Virus record (IMG/VR): IMGVR_UViG_2568526092_000002
Coordinates: 1 to 64,000 of that record
From: a virus
Taxonomy: Duplodnaviria; Caudoviricetes
Strand: one strand, 5' to 3'
Length of the DNA: 64,000 nucleotides
Of the stretch, positions 9,737 through 18,524 are shown piece by piece (the stretch's first letter is position 1; each line of letters starts with the position of its first letter). The translations under genes and the position numbers were made by a program. The notes below the pieces were generated by a model. The model was not told the origin of the DNA and did not search any database. It saw only the letters and a program-made list of their open reading frames with translations.

Positions 9737-9901
9737 CTACTTTTCGTACTTTTTGTTTCTTCTGTCCGTTCTCGTTCACTTCATCGGTAGTCGTTCTCAA
9801 CTTGTTTGTTGAGTCCTTCAACCTTGGTCTATCCTTTTGACAATGGAATCACTTCTTAATGTATGGTGTGCAAACTCCTTAATTAAGAGGGACAGTGTAA
9901 C

Positions 9902-10399
9902 CTAGATGGAAGGAGCGAACTTAAAAATTTGGCAGATACAGTCGGGGTCATCGCATCCGTTAGCATTAGTGTTCCGATCAGGAAGGATCTCTTGGTGCTC
10001 ATAGTACCCTTGAGCTACGACCGTGATGATACGGTCTTCATCGTGCATACGTATGATGGCTGAATCTCCTGCTCCGATGAAGTGGAACTTACCTGCTTCT
10101 AGTTCTGCCTGTGCGGCAGAAACCAGACCATCCTGAATCTCTCCGTCGGTAAGTTGTCCGGCATTTCCGAAGTATTCAAAACCCTGCGGGAACAAAGGGA
10201 CTGCGAAGGCTTCTTCTGACTTAAGCGTTTGTTGAGCTAAAGTGCTTTCTAATTCCTCGACACGTTTCGATAAGTCTTTATTTAACTTGACCGTCTCGTC
10301 ATAGCGCGCGGCTTTTTGGATGATGGCAAGAAAGTCACCACCGTTCATGCTAGGCACTACAGGGAAACCGAAAGGCTTAAAGGAAATCTGTTTTGTCAT
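9902..10399 (-). CDS. Hypothetical phage protein
   Basis: RBS GGAGGT + ATG 10399 (MTKQISFKPFG), downstream of a class I promoter. Confidence 0.7.
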   Translation of the reverse strand: MTKQISFKPFGFPVVPSMNGGDFLAIIQKAARYDETVKLNKDLSKRVEELESTLAQQTLKSEEAFAVPLFPQGFEYFGNAGQLTDGEIQDGLVSAAQAELEAGKFHFIGAGDSAIIRMHDEDRIITVVAQGYYEHQEILPDRNTNANGCDDPDCICQIFKFAPSI

Positions 10400-10431
10400 T
10401 GTTGTTACCTCCGTTGTTTGTTTTACTGTCC

Positions 10432-10731
10432 CTATAGTGGTCGCTCCATACCAGTTGTTAGTTGCGATTGATTCTGTAACTTCGTCGTGCTCCGTTCCCA
10501 TGACAACATTTTCGTACTATGTTCGGTCAAAAGTAAAGCTAGTTTAGTGTTGCGGCTAAAGCATTCGACTTCGCCGTTAGTAATACGTGTGAAGCTGGCA
10601 TTCGGACCCTCGGCTGCAGCTTTGTTCTTGTAAGAATCTCTCATTTCACCAAAGTATTTATCATTATATACTTTGTCACTTTCCCGTAGCTCAATATATT
10701 CGTCGCTCCTTAGCACTAAGCATGTCCACAT
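10432..10731 (-). CDS. Hypothetical protein (start uncertain)
   Basis: 99-aa ORF with no clear RBS. Confidence 0.35.
   Translation of the reverse strand: MWTCLVLRSDEYIELRESDKVYNDKYFGEMRDSYKNKAAAEGPNASFTRITNGEVECFSRNTKLALLLTEHSTKMLSWERSTTKLQNQSQLTTGMERPL
10436..10467 (-). promoter_or_regulatory. Class I phage promoter motif
   Basis: TCGCAACT-N18-ACCACT. Confidence 0.7.
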
Positions 10732-10880
10732 CCGTCTTAGCAGAAACCCGCCCGTCTACTTCTACTAGAGTAGCTTCTGCCAATCAGGTGTTTCTCCCTT
10801 GTCTATCGATGACATGTCCATCACAAACCAGACCTCCCAGATAGTTAACGAACAACTACTAGAAGGCCTGAATATTAGCT

Positions 10881-10908
10881 ATTATAGGCTTGGAACGTAG
10901 GTCATCAA
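10881..10908 (-). promoter_or_regulatory. Possible host SigA-type promoter
   Basis: TTGATG-N16-TATAAT in an intergenic region. Confidence 0.4.
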
Positions 10909-11025
10909 CGTGAGTAGCCGCAGAAAAGAGTAAGTCTCGATAGAAATTCGTGCGGGGGTAAAACTCAGCAAAGAAGTACATCAAAGAACCTTAGTGGGCA
11001 GGATTAGAACCTATCCAGGCTACTA

Positions 11026-11367
11026 TTAAATAGTTGTGTTATTGGTAGGCTCTGTTGCCTCCTCTTTCACTTCTTCCGCTTTTAATGTCCAGTATGCCAC
11101 CTTTGTAAAGTGAACCCCTGATACCTCACCCAAGATGTTTTCTACGGCGAATACTTCACCTTCCTTTTGATACTTACGGAATATTTTCTTGTATTCATCC
11201 TGTACGTCTTTAGCCGCCTTGAGGATTATTTCCACAGGCTTGTCTACGCCATCCTCGATAATCTTACCTTTAAGCTTAGGGTCAATCTCGAACCAATCGA
11301 CCCTCTTAACTTCACCATTGTCAAGGAAAAAATCAGCTGTTATCTGAACCCTCATTCTTAAAGTCAC
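11026..11367 (-). CDS. Hypothetical phage protein
   Basis: 113 aa, RBS GAGGGTG. Confidence 0.7.
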   Translation of the reverse strand: MTLRMRVQITADFFLDNGEVKRVDWFEIDPKLKGKIIEDGVDKPVEIILKAAKDVQDEYKKIFRKYQKEGEVFAVENILGEVSGVHFTKVAYWTLKAEEVKEEATEPTNNTTI

Positions 11368-11689
11368 CCTCTTCGTCTATATACTGGTAGTCTTTAAAGT
11401 CTTTAATGTGAATCTCAATGCCCTCCATCCATTCACCTTGCTCGTTAAGCATCTGTTCGATCTCCATGAGTTTCTGAAGGTTGTACTTGCTAACCGGAGG
11501 AACGATAGATTCCTCGCCCTCGTCGTACCGAACCCACCACCTGCGGACAGTCTCGATAGTAAATGTCTGATTGATGAAGTTTCCGCAGTGACTGCACCAC
11601 AGCACCAACGCCTTATCACATTCCATCTCTTCAGGTGTAAAAGAAGAACGTGCCCCACAGTGGGGGCACTTGTTTAAGAATCCTATCAT
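11333..11689 (-). CDS. Zinc-ribbon protein
   Basis: CPHC...CSHC pairs at the N-terminus; RBS GAGGTG. Confidence 0.7.
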   Translation of the reverse strand: MIGFLNKCPHCGARSSFTPEEMECDKALVLWCSHCGNFINQTFTIETVRRWWVRYDEGEESIVPPVSKYNLQKLMEIEQMLNEQGEWMEGIEIHIKDFKDYQYIDEEGDFKNEGSDNS

Positions 11690-11706
11690 TTATGTCACCT
11701 CTCTAT

Positions 11707-11738
11707 AATGGTCAGCGTATGATTAGCGGGAGTTACAA
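11707..11738 (-). promoter_or_regulatory. Class I phage promoter motif
   Basis: TTGTAACT-N18-ACCATT. Confidence 0.55.
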
Positions 11739-11777
11739 AGTCCTTTCTTCAGGTCTTCAAAACTAGTTTTAAACCTT

Positions 11778-12089
11778 TTACTTATTTGCGCTCTTGTCTG
11801 CTAAGCTGTGGGAAGGTTTAATGAAGGAAGCAAGCAATGCAATACCTGCAAAGATTTGCGGTAAAGCGGAAGCGGGAATTGTTGTGTGGAAAATAGCACT
11901 CAGCGTACCAGCCACGAATGAACCCGCAATGAGTTTTAACCCGAAGCCGATAACCCAACCTACCAAGAGAGCAAACAAAGTTTTAAGTAGAATAATACTA
12001 ATAATAATTGCTAACGCTCCTGCAACTCCGACTGCTCCTGCCGCACCAATACCCAAACCTGCCAATAACGCTCCGACTACTTTTTTCAT
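11778..12089 (-). CDS. Small multi-pass membrane protein
   Basis: Several Gly/Ala/Leu/Ile-rich hydrophobic stretches in 103 aa. Confidence 0.7.
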   Translation of the reverse strand: MKKVVGALLAGLGIGAAGAVGVAGALAIIISIILLKTLFALLVGWVIGFGLKLIAGSFVAGTLSAIFHTTIPASALPQIFAGIALLASFIKPSHSLADKSANK

Positions 12090-12304
12090 TGTCGAATCTC
12101 TCCCTTAAAGTATTTGAAGTAGTCATGCTCATCACTTAATGGCTCGTACTTGATTCCGTTATCGGCGGGATATGGCTCAGTGTGAATTACTTTTAATTCC
12201 TGAATCTCTTTAGGTATTCCATTAGGGTAAGCCGCACAGGTCATGTTCTCCCGTTCGTCCCTATTAAAGTGCTTGCAGAATATGCAAGGAATTGTAATAT
12301 CCAT
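12086..12304 (-). CDS. Small Cys/His protein, candidate immunity protein
   Basis: RBS GAGGGG + ATG 12304; CIFCKHF...CAAYPNGIPKEI...HTEPYPADNGIKYEP, a pattern I associate with small genes downstream of MuF-type toxin genes (from memory, not searched). Confidence 0.65.
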   Translation of the reverse strand: MDITIPCIFCKHFNRDERENMTCAAYPNGIPKEIQELKVIHTEPYPADNGIKYEPLSDEHDYFKYFKGEIRQ

Positions 12305-12501
12305 TATAAAAATCCCCTCTCCATTGCTGCCAATTCCATCTCTTTCGTATACGTGACTGATTGAGTTTCTTCTATATAAAGGAGCTTCACTCAGGACAGG
12401 CAAGGCAACGTAAGACGCTTTTAGGAAGTTTGCTCCCTCTTACAGAGATATAGTGCTCGTTATTAAAGAGATGATTTTATGAAACACATGTTGGCACATT
12501 G

Positions 12502-13620
12502 TTACCACCCCTCACATTTGAATCCACCGTACTGCTCGTACCACTCCCATATCTTCGCATCAATAGGCACTCCGGTTATCTTGGCGGTGAATGTTTCAGG
12601 CATCATTTCAATAGGAAACCACTTGGTCGCATAATTACAAAGGTGGTTCGCAATATACGTCGATTCCGCATTGGTGAGGATTGTCTTCGCTCCGTAGTTG
12701 TCAGGGTCAAGGGCAGAGTACGTATAGAACTGTTGTGCTCCAATGTTGTGATAATGAAGCCAGTGCCCAATCTCATGAATGACCGTCCTCAGTTTATTAG
12801 GAGAAGACTTCTGTCCAGTATCGTATTCCATCTGAGCGATGACATCCGCGTTGGCGTAGTCATACGTCTTACTTACAACAACCTTTCCAGAGGAAGGGTC
12901 AAAGTATCCATTCGCACCATTACCGTTCTCAATCTTAATTGTTAGCTTATGCTTCTGAATCATATCAGCGAAGCCGCCGCAGGTATTCAGGAGTAACGCC
13001 AATGCTTCGGTCACATAGTTAGCGGCATCAATCTTCTTAGCGAAGTTTACTGACACTCCTAAGTTACTTGCCCACTTCTCAGCTTCAACAACGGAAGTAA
13101 ACGGTTGCCACGTAACAGGAAGCTGTATGCCACTTTCCGGTGCGTCCGGTGGTTGTTGGTCTTCGGCTGGCTCTTCGGGCGGGTCAGGGTAGTTACCTAA
13201 GTCAGTTGTTCCGGTGAGTACAAGGTTAACGTCAGGCTCAGTAAGGAAGTGGAACATCAACTCAAGGTTCTTTCCGTCTCCGTGTGGTGTGTGGTACTCG
13301 AACAGGAACTCTTTACCTGCCACCACTGGATGCGCTACCTGTAAGTACAAGCCTTCCTCGTAGTTCTTGCAATGAATGTTCTTGGCGAGTACCTTTCCGT
13401 CCACAGTTAAATTCCAGTAGTCTTCGACGGTATTCATGTTCGTTCTGATGGATACCGCATAGAACTCAAGGTCATGGGACATTGTAAAGGTATCTTTGAT
13501 CATCCTATCCCCGTTCGCCTTAGCAGGAACCGTGATTGCCCTGCCCACAAAATGAGGGTGAGGTTTGGTAGGGTAGTAGGGTGGGTCTAGTCGCCCACCG
13601 ACAGCATAACGATCGAACAC
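12502..13620 (-). CDS. Fusion: tail-region GGRLDPP domain + Pro/acidic linker + HExxH zinc metallopeptidase
   Basis: aa 1-127 align with 56838..57224; linker DPPEEPAEDQQPPDAPE; C-terminus RTVIHEIGHWLH...E(MMPE). Confidence 0.8.
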   Translation of the reverse strand: MFDRYAVGGRLDPPYYPTKPHPHFVGRAITVPAKANGDRMIKDTFTMSHDLEFYAVSIRTNMNTVEDYWNLTVDGKVLAKNIHCKNYEEGLYLQVAHPVVAGKEFLFEYHTPHGDGKNLELMFHFLTEPDVNLVLTGTTDLGNYPDPPEEPAEDQQPPDAPESGIQLPVTWQPFTSVVEAEKWASNLGVSVNFAKKIDAANYVTEALALLLNTCGGFADMIQKHKLTIKIENGNGANGYFDPSSGKVVVSKTYDYANADVIAQMEYDTGQKSSPNKLRTVIHEIGHWLHYHNIGAQQFYTYSALDPDNYGAKTILTNAESTYIANHLCNYATKWFPIEMMPETFTAKITGVPIDAKIWEWYEQYGGFKCEGW

Positions 13621-14039
13621 TACTGACCCTCCTCAGTCTTGGAATCCATTATCTCTGTAATCACCCTAAGACGGAACCCACAGGTTGCTTTGAGGTCCTG
13701 GAACTCTTCCATAAATTTATCCTTGTGATGTTTTACAAGTGCCAAGCGCGTAAAAGCATCCTTGTTTTCACGGTATCTGGCCTTCTTTCCAGCAAGATGC
13801 TTACCCCTGTGTTCGTGGTATTGCTTAATCCCCCTTATTCTCTGGTCACAACAAGTGAATAGATGATTACTGCTACATATTTTTTGGAAGGTCTTACCGC
13901 TTTTCTTGCAAACAAAATCCTGTTTTACTCTGGGTTTGTAAGGCGCAACGAAGGTCATACCCCCTATTTTTTTAAAGTCAGTTGTCAAGTTAGACCAATT
14001 AATAGTTGAAATTTTGGGTATCACTTTATCTACTCCCAT
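13620..14039 (-). CDS. Cys-rich basic hypothetical protein
   Basis: C..KxFxKxC...CC; its stop overlaps the GTG start of the peptidase fusion. Confidence 0.55.
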   Translation of the reverse strand: MGVDKVIPKISTINWSNLTTDFKKIGGMTFVAPYKPRVKQDFVCKKSGKTFQKICSSNHLFTCCDQRIRGIKQYHEHRGKHLAGKKARYRENKDAFTRLALVKHHKDKFMEEFQDLKATCGFRLRVITEIMDSKTEEGQ

Positions 14040-14202
14040 CTGTCGGAGAAGTTTGTATAGCCAAGTACGGAGGGTGAAGATACCTTCTCTTTCCTATGGC
14101 TGGCTTTGTTCTCATATCTTTACGAATTCCTATGTAATCTCTGAGCATTCTCCAACCTTGACCAAGTTTCCTTAACCATAATACTTACTGAAGATGATGG
14201 AA

Positions 14203-14385
14203 CTAATCGTCTTCACTGACGCCCTTCTTCAGAAAAACACCGCCAACAGAGACGTATCTTAAACCAGCGTATTTTTCCTCAGCTACATCGTTCGAGTCAT
14301 CCCAAAGGGCATTCATCTTGTTTGCGTCCTTGATGGTGTTACCGCCCATGGTAAGCAGAATCTCTTGCAATGGCTCAGCACTCAT
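14203..14385 (-). CDS. Hypothetical phage protein
   Basis: 60 aa, RBS GGAGG. Confidence 0.6.
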   Translation of the reverse strand: MSAEPLQEILLTMGGNTIKDANKMNALWDDSNDVAEEKYAGLRYVSVGGVFLKKGVSEDD

Positions 14386-14395
14386 GTGTTTCCTC

Positions 14396-14599
14396 CTAGT
14401 GTAAAATAGTTGGTTCGCCGTTCATCTGCTCAACTTGATTCATGACTTGCATCATCTCTTGAGCGAAGGTGATAATCATTGCTGCGGCTATATCAGAATC
14501 GACTTCCTCTTGCCGACCGCCATTCTTAGCGATGTTCTTTGCCGTGTGAGCAACCTTACCTGCGATGATTTCTGCGTATTGTTCTGTTGTCATCTTCAA
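14396..14599 (-). CDS. Hypothetical phage protein
   Basis: 67 aa, RBS AGGGG, class I promoter upstream. Confidence 0.6.
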   Translation of the reverse strand: MKMTTEQYAEIIAGKVAHTAKNIAKNGGRQEEVDSDIAAAMIITFAQEMMQVMNQVEQMNGEPTILH

Positions 14600-14621
14600 A
14601 GCTTGTCGCCCCTTTCTCTAT

Positions 14622-14653
14622 AGTGGTCGCTACATAGTCTCGGATAGTTGCAA
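14622..14653 (-). promoter_or_regulatory. Class I phage promoter motif
   Basis: TTGCAACT-N18-ACCACT. Confidence 0.65.
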
Positions 14654-14819
14654 AATCAAATTTTCAAGGAAAGGAGTGCGAAAGCAGAAACGCCCATCTT
14701 CTTGCTCAGACCTAACTGCCCTTCATAATCAACTCAAGAGTGGATGGAAAATCCAAAGGACGAATACTCGACCGCTCCGTAGTGACGGTCTTCCTTGTTC
14801 CGTTCAATGTCTCCGGTTC

Positions 14820-15203
14820 TCATACGCTGAATGTCCCCGCTTTACGTCCAACCTGAAGCTTGTTAGATTGCAGGATGTAAAGGAGTTGAGCAGTTGTCAC
14901 AGAACCACCGAACTTACTTTCAATCTCACGAGTCAGAACATCTTGAGCACGTTCAGGTCTCGGCAGGATTGCGGCAGGTTCTTCGACCAAAGTGTAGCTG
15001 TGAATACCGTCACCCAAGTTGTCAACACGAATCTTGTAGCCTTGCTTGTACAGTTCTTGGAGACGTGCCGCCCAACGCTGGCTGATTTCGTACATTTCGT
15101 AGTTAGCCAATCCTTTAGAACCTGCGTTACGCAGTGCGTTCAGCACCATCGCTCGTTGAGAAGTACGCTTCTGCGTATTAGGGTTGAATTTTATTGTTGT
15201 CAT
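14820..15203 (-). CDS. Winged helix-turn-helix protein
   Basis: VLNALRNAGSKGLANYEMYEISQRWAARLQELYKQGYKI resembles a wHTH; start MTTIKF at 15203. Confidence 0.6.
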   Translation of the reverse strand: MTTIKFNPNTQKRTSQRAMVLNALRNAGSKGLANYEMYEISQRWAARLQELYKQGYKIRVDNLGDGIHSYTLVEEPAAILPRPERAQDVLTREIESKFGGSVTTAQLLYILQSNKLQVGRKAGTFSV

Positions 15204-15248
15204 GTGTCCCTGGCTCCGTTTCGATTGTTTGTTTTGCCTTACACTCAC

Positions 15249-15280
15249 AGTAGTCAAGCCATCGACGTAAAAAGGTGCGA
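15249..15280 (-). promoter_or_regulatory. Class I phage promoter motif
   Basis: TCGCACCT-N18-ACTACT. Confidence 0.7.
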
Positions 15281-15287
15281 TAAAATA

Positions 15288-15311
15288 AAAAGACCCCCGA
15301 AAGGATCTTTT
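15288..15311 (-). terminator. Intrinsic terminator
   Basis: AAAAGATCC-TTTC-GGGGGTCTTTT followed by a T-run. Confidence 0.6.
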
Positions 15312-15747
15312 AGGTCTTCTTGGCTTGGACTCTTGAGGTTAAGTTAACCATCGCCAGAGTAGGTACAGAAGCCGAAACGGGCGGCTGGACTTGGTATGGC
15401 TTGTCTCCTATAAAGGCAGTAGCGCCATTACCGGACACCGCTATTGTTACGTTTGCCTCCTTATCTACTGCCTCAATGACAAGCACCGTTCTTGGGTTAT
15501 CGTCGTGGATACCGCCCACCTTGGCGTAAACAGGGCATCCTGCCGCTGTTAATCTACTTGCGATATGCTGAACCAGTTCGGAGGTTACATGCGTATGGCT
15601 GGTCTTATACTCCCCTGCGTTTAATGTGATGGGGTAATCCGTTCCGTTGACAGTAACGACGATGTTGTCATTAGCTCCAGTTTTAATCTCTGTTTCTTGG
15701 GCAAGAGAAACGTTTCCCCACACCCTAATCCCTGAAGCTGTTGCCAT
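15310..15747 (-). CDS. Beta-rich probable structural/decoration protein
   Basis: T/V/G-rich (GANDNIVVTVNGTDYPITLNAGEY); RBS AAGGAG; class II promoter upstream. Confidence 0.55.
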   Translation of the reverse strand: MATASGIRVWGNVSLAQETEIKTGANDNIVVTVNGTDYPITLNAGEYKTSHTHVTSELVQHIASRLTAAGCPVYAKVGGIHDDNPRTVLVIEAVDKEANVTIAVSGNGATAFIGDKPYQVQPPVSASVPTLAMVNLTSRVQAKKT

Positions 15748-15776
15748 GTTATCACTCCTTTCAGACTAGTTATCTT

Positions 15777-15806
15777 CAATATAAGGTACTTACTTTAGTT
15801 AGTAAC
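15777..15806 (-). promoter_or_regulatory. Class II (putative late) promoter motif
   Basis: GTTACT-N17-TATATTG. Confidence 0.6.
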
Positions 15807-15826
15807 AAATAACAAAGAAGCCGTTA

Positions 15827-18412
15827 TTATGCGGCCTCCTCTTCTTCCTCTTCGTCAGCCTTCTCAGCAAACATACCGACTTCATACTCGATACCGAACT
15901 TGGAAAGCTTCTTCTTAACCTCTTCCTCGAAGATATCTCTCCAATCCAAAGCACCTTCGTTCATAAGACGGATTTGCTCTTGCGAGAAGTTGCCGCCCCA
16001 ATAAGGAGATACCTCAATATCCGATTTGAATTGGACTCCTGCATCGTTAGGGATAACATTAGCCATCGTATCTGTAATCGCCTTTAGTACGGCTAGATCA
16101 ACGGTCTCAGGGGCGTCGAAAATCAACTCGTCGTGTACCTGAAGGACAAGGTGGATATCATCCTTCTCAAGTTGAGAAACATAGCCGTTAATTACCCACT
16201 CACGACGGTTTAAGCACGTAGTTCCGTCTGGTCGTTTAGGGTAGAACAGTTCCACCATCGCCTTCTTGGATTGGTCAGCGCTTGAGCCCTGGATTTTGGC
16301 ATTACAACTCTGCCGCTTGCACTTTTCAATTTTCCAGTGCCAACCAGAACGCTTCCACAGATCCTCCTGTTTAGCTTCAGCAATGGTCTCACCGAATCTG
16401 CGTTTGCGTCCAAGAACAGTCTCAATGTAGCCCTTCTCCATAACCTCTTTGTGGGTTGTTCCTTCCCACCTAAGGTAGTTAGGCATGGAGGACTTAAAGC
16501 CGTCAATCAGTTCCTTTGCTTCCTCTTTACTGGATTCAATTTGGTCACTTAAGCCCAAGTCCGTAATACCGTAAATTACACCGAATACTACGGACTTGGT
16601 TTTCTTACGAAGTAACTCAAAAAATGTGGAAAGGCGTTCAATGGTCGGACGGACAATCTCCGTAGTAGAAGAGTTAGTGCCCTGTTCTTTACTGTTCATA
16701 TAAGTTATTGCATAGATAAGTTCATGAGAACCTGCATATTTCGTAATCGCTTCATCTACGTTAATGCTGGTCTCTTCTTCTGAATCCCCCTTGTAACCCC
16801 GAATCGTCTCGAACATATCATAGTCGAAGCTGTGAATCTGGCATGTTACCCGACTGTGCATATCAAGCCCTAGCTTGAAGATATCAATGAGGGTTTGTTC
16901 CTGAGTAAAGATAGCCAACCAGCGCAATTCCTGTTGCGAGAAGTCTCCGCTGACCAGTAGTCTCCCACTAGGGGCACGGAAGGCATAGCGAATCAGGTCA
17001 AATTTAGATGGAATTTGCTGAAGGTTTGGTGCTGAACAGGAAACACGTCCAGTCCTTACCAGTTGGTTGTAGGAACAGTGGATGATTCCTTCTACCGTAT
17101 CGTCAGGAAGCTTATTACAGAAGGCATCAATTAGCTTCGACAGCCCACGGTATTCTAGAATATAGTCGATAATTTTGTGAGTCTTATCACCAAGGGTCAC
17201 GGTTACCTTCTTATTCCTTGTAAGTACCTTCTTACTTGTAGACAGCTTAGGTACTTTACGCTTTAGGTCTTTGTCGTAAACCATTTCAGTCTCAAGAATC
17301 TTATGCTCTACATATAGTTTGCTGGCTAGTTGTGCGGGAGAGCCTAGGTTAAACTCTTCCACTACTTCGTACTCTTCCTTAAACTTAATCCCTTGTCGCT
17401 GTCGGGTTCGTGACTTAATAAGAGTAATCGTTCCGCCTAAGACGGCGAAAATATCAGCCTTAAGTTCGTCCAATTTCTCTTGTAGAACTTTACCAATAAT
17501 ATCTTTCAGAAACTTGGAGTCTAGCTCTACTCCCCGTCGTTCTGCTGTAGCAAAAACAGCCAGCAATGGCATCTCAACTTCTCGGAAAAGACGGTAAACT
17601 CCGTCAAGTCCAAAAGATGGATTTTCCACAATGCTTTTTTGATATCTGAACACCCAATGAGTCATGAATACGTCATGGCAAGCATAGTAGTTAGCAAGCC
17701 TGTGAGGTATACTATCAAATGGAATCTTGTCGAACATGTTACCGAACTTAAAAGTTGGGCGGCTAAGTTCATCATGGCTCAATTTACCTTGCTCGATTAG
17801 CCAAGGAAGAGCGTAAGAGTTGTACCATTCCTTCAGACCTTTTGGTTTATTTTCGTTTAATAAACCGCCCATAATCATCGTGTCCCAATAGATATTAAAC
17901 GTAATGTCAATATCTGCCCAATTCTTGAGTGCGTGAATGTCAAACTTTGCGTTTGCCATGACAATCATTTCCTCTTCTTCTAACAACGGTTTAAGAGCGG
18001 TTGATACCGTATCAAAAGACAAACATTCAACATTTATCGACATTTCATGTAAAAAAGGGCGCATGGGTATATTAAAATACTCTTCTGATTCAAAACCTAT
18101 GGAAATTGAGATTAAAGTGTCCCGCCAGTTGTTTAGTCCATAAGTCTCAGTGTCGAGATAGACATAGGCATCGCCTTGATACATCGTTTTATATGCTTTG
18201 TAGTAGTTGACTAATCGCTGAAGTAACTCAGGAGTATTGATGAGCGTGTAATTGTCAGGCATGACGATCGATGCTTCTACGTCTAAGATTTTCTGTTCTT
18301 TCTTAGTGAGTTTCTTCGCCTTTTTAACTATTTCTGTATTCCTAGTGCGTGTGGTTCGGGCAGACTTCTTTTCGCCCTTAGTTAAAATGTTGATGACTTC
18401 GTTATCTGACAT
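15827..18412 (-). CDS. polA: DNA polymerase family A with 3'-5' exonuclease
   Basis: Exo I DTET, Exo II NAKFD, Exo III YACHD; TGRVSCSAPNLQQIP; motif A DFSQQELR; motif B RKKTKSVVFGVIYG; motif C LQVHDELIF; no 5' nuclease. Confidence 0.96.
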   Translation of the reverse strand: MSDNEVINILTKGEKKSARTTRTRNTEIVKKAKKLTKKEQKILDVEASIVMPDNYTLINTPELLQRLVNYYKAYKTMYQGDAYVYLDTETYGLNNWRDTLISISIGFESEEYFNIPMRPFLHEMSINVECLSFDTVSTALKPLLEEEEMIVMANAKFDIHALKNWADIDITFNIYWDTMIMGGLLNENKPKGLKEWYNSYALPWLIEQGKLSHDELSRPTFKFGNMFDKIPFDSIPHRLANYYACHDVFMTHWVFRYQKSIVENPSFGLDGVYRLFREVEMPLLAVFATAERRGVELDSKFLKDIIGKVLQEKLDELKADIFAVLGGTITLIKSRTRQRQGIKFKEEYEVVEEFNLGSPAQLASKLYVEHKILETEMVYDKDLKRKVPKLSTSKKVLTRNKKVTVTLGDKTHKIIDYILEYRGLSKLIDAFCNKLPDDTVEGIIHCSYNQLVRTGRVSCSAPNLQQIPSKFDLIRYAFRAPSGRLLVSGDFSQQELRWLAIFTQEQTLIDIFKLGLDMHSRVTCQIHSFDYDMFETIRGYKGDSEEETSINVDEAITKYAGSHELIYAITYMNSKEQGTNSSTTEIVRPTIERLSTFFELLRKKTKSVVFGVIYGITDLGLSDQIESSKEEAKELIDGFKSSMPNYLRWEGTTHKEVMEKGYIETVLGRKRRFGETIAEAKQEDLWKRSGWHWKIEKCKRQSCNAKIQGSSADQSKKAMVELFYPKRPDGTTCLNRREWVINGYVSQLEKDDIHLVLQVHDELIFDAPETVDLAVLKAITDTMANVIPNDAGVQFKSDIEVSPYWGGNFSQEQIRLMNEGALDWRDIFEEEVKKKLSKFGIEYEVGMFAEKADEEEEEEAA

Positions 18413-18524
18413 ACTGGCCCTCCCTATCGATATGAAAATAACGTTGTAATGAATATTATTGACTGTCGTGTTTAAATAGGGTATTTAATAACGAGGGCCA
18501 TCTCAGCCCCTCACTCATTACAGA

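Noticed and set aside
10996-11020. tRNA T-arm-like ATAGGTTCTAATCCTGCC on the minus strand
   Set aside because: No D-arm, anticodon arm or acceptor stem can be built around it.
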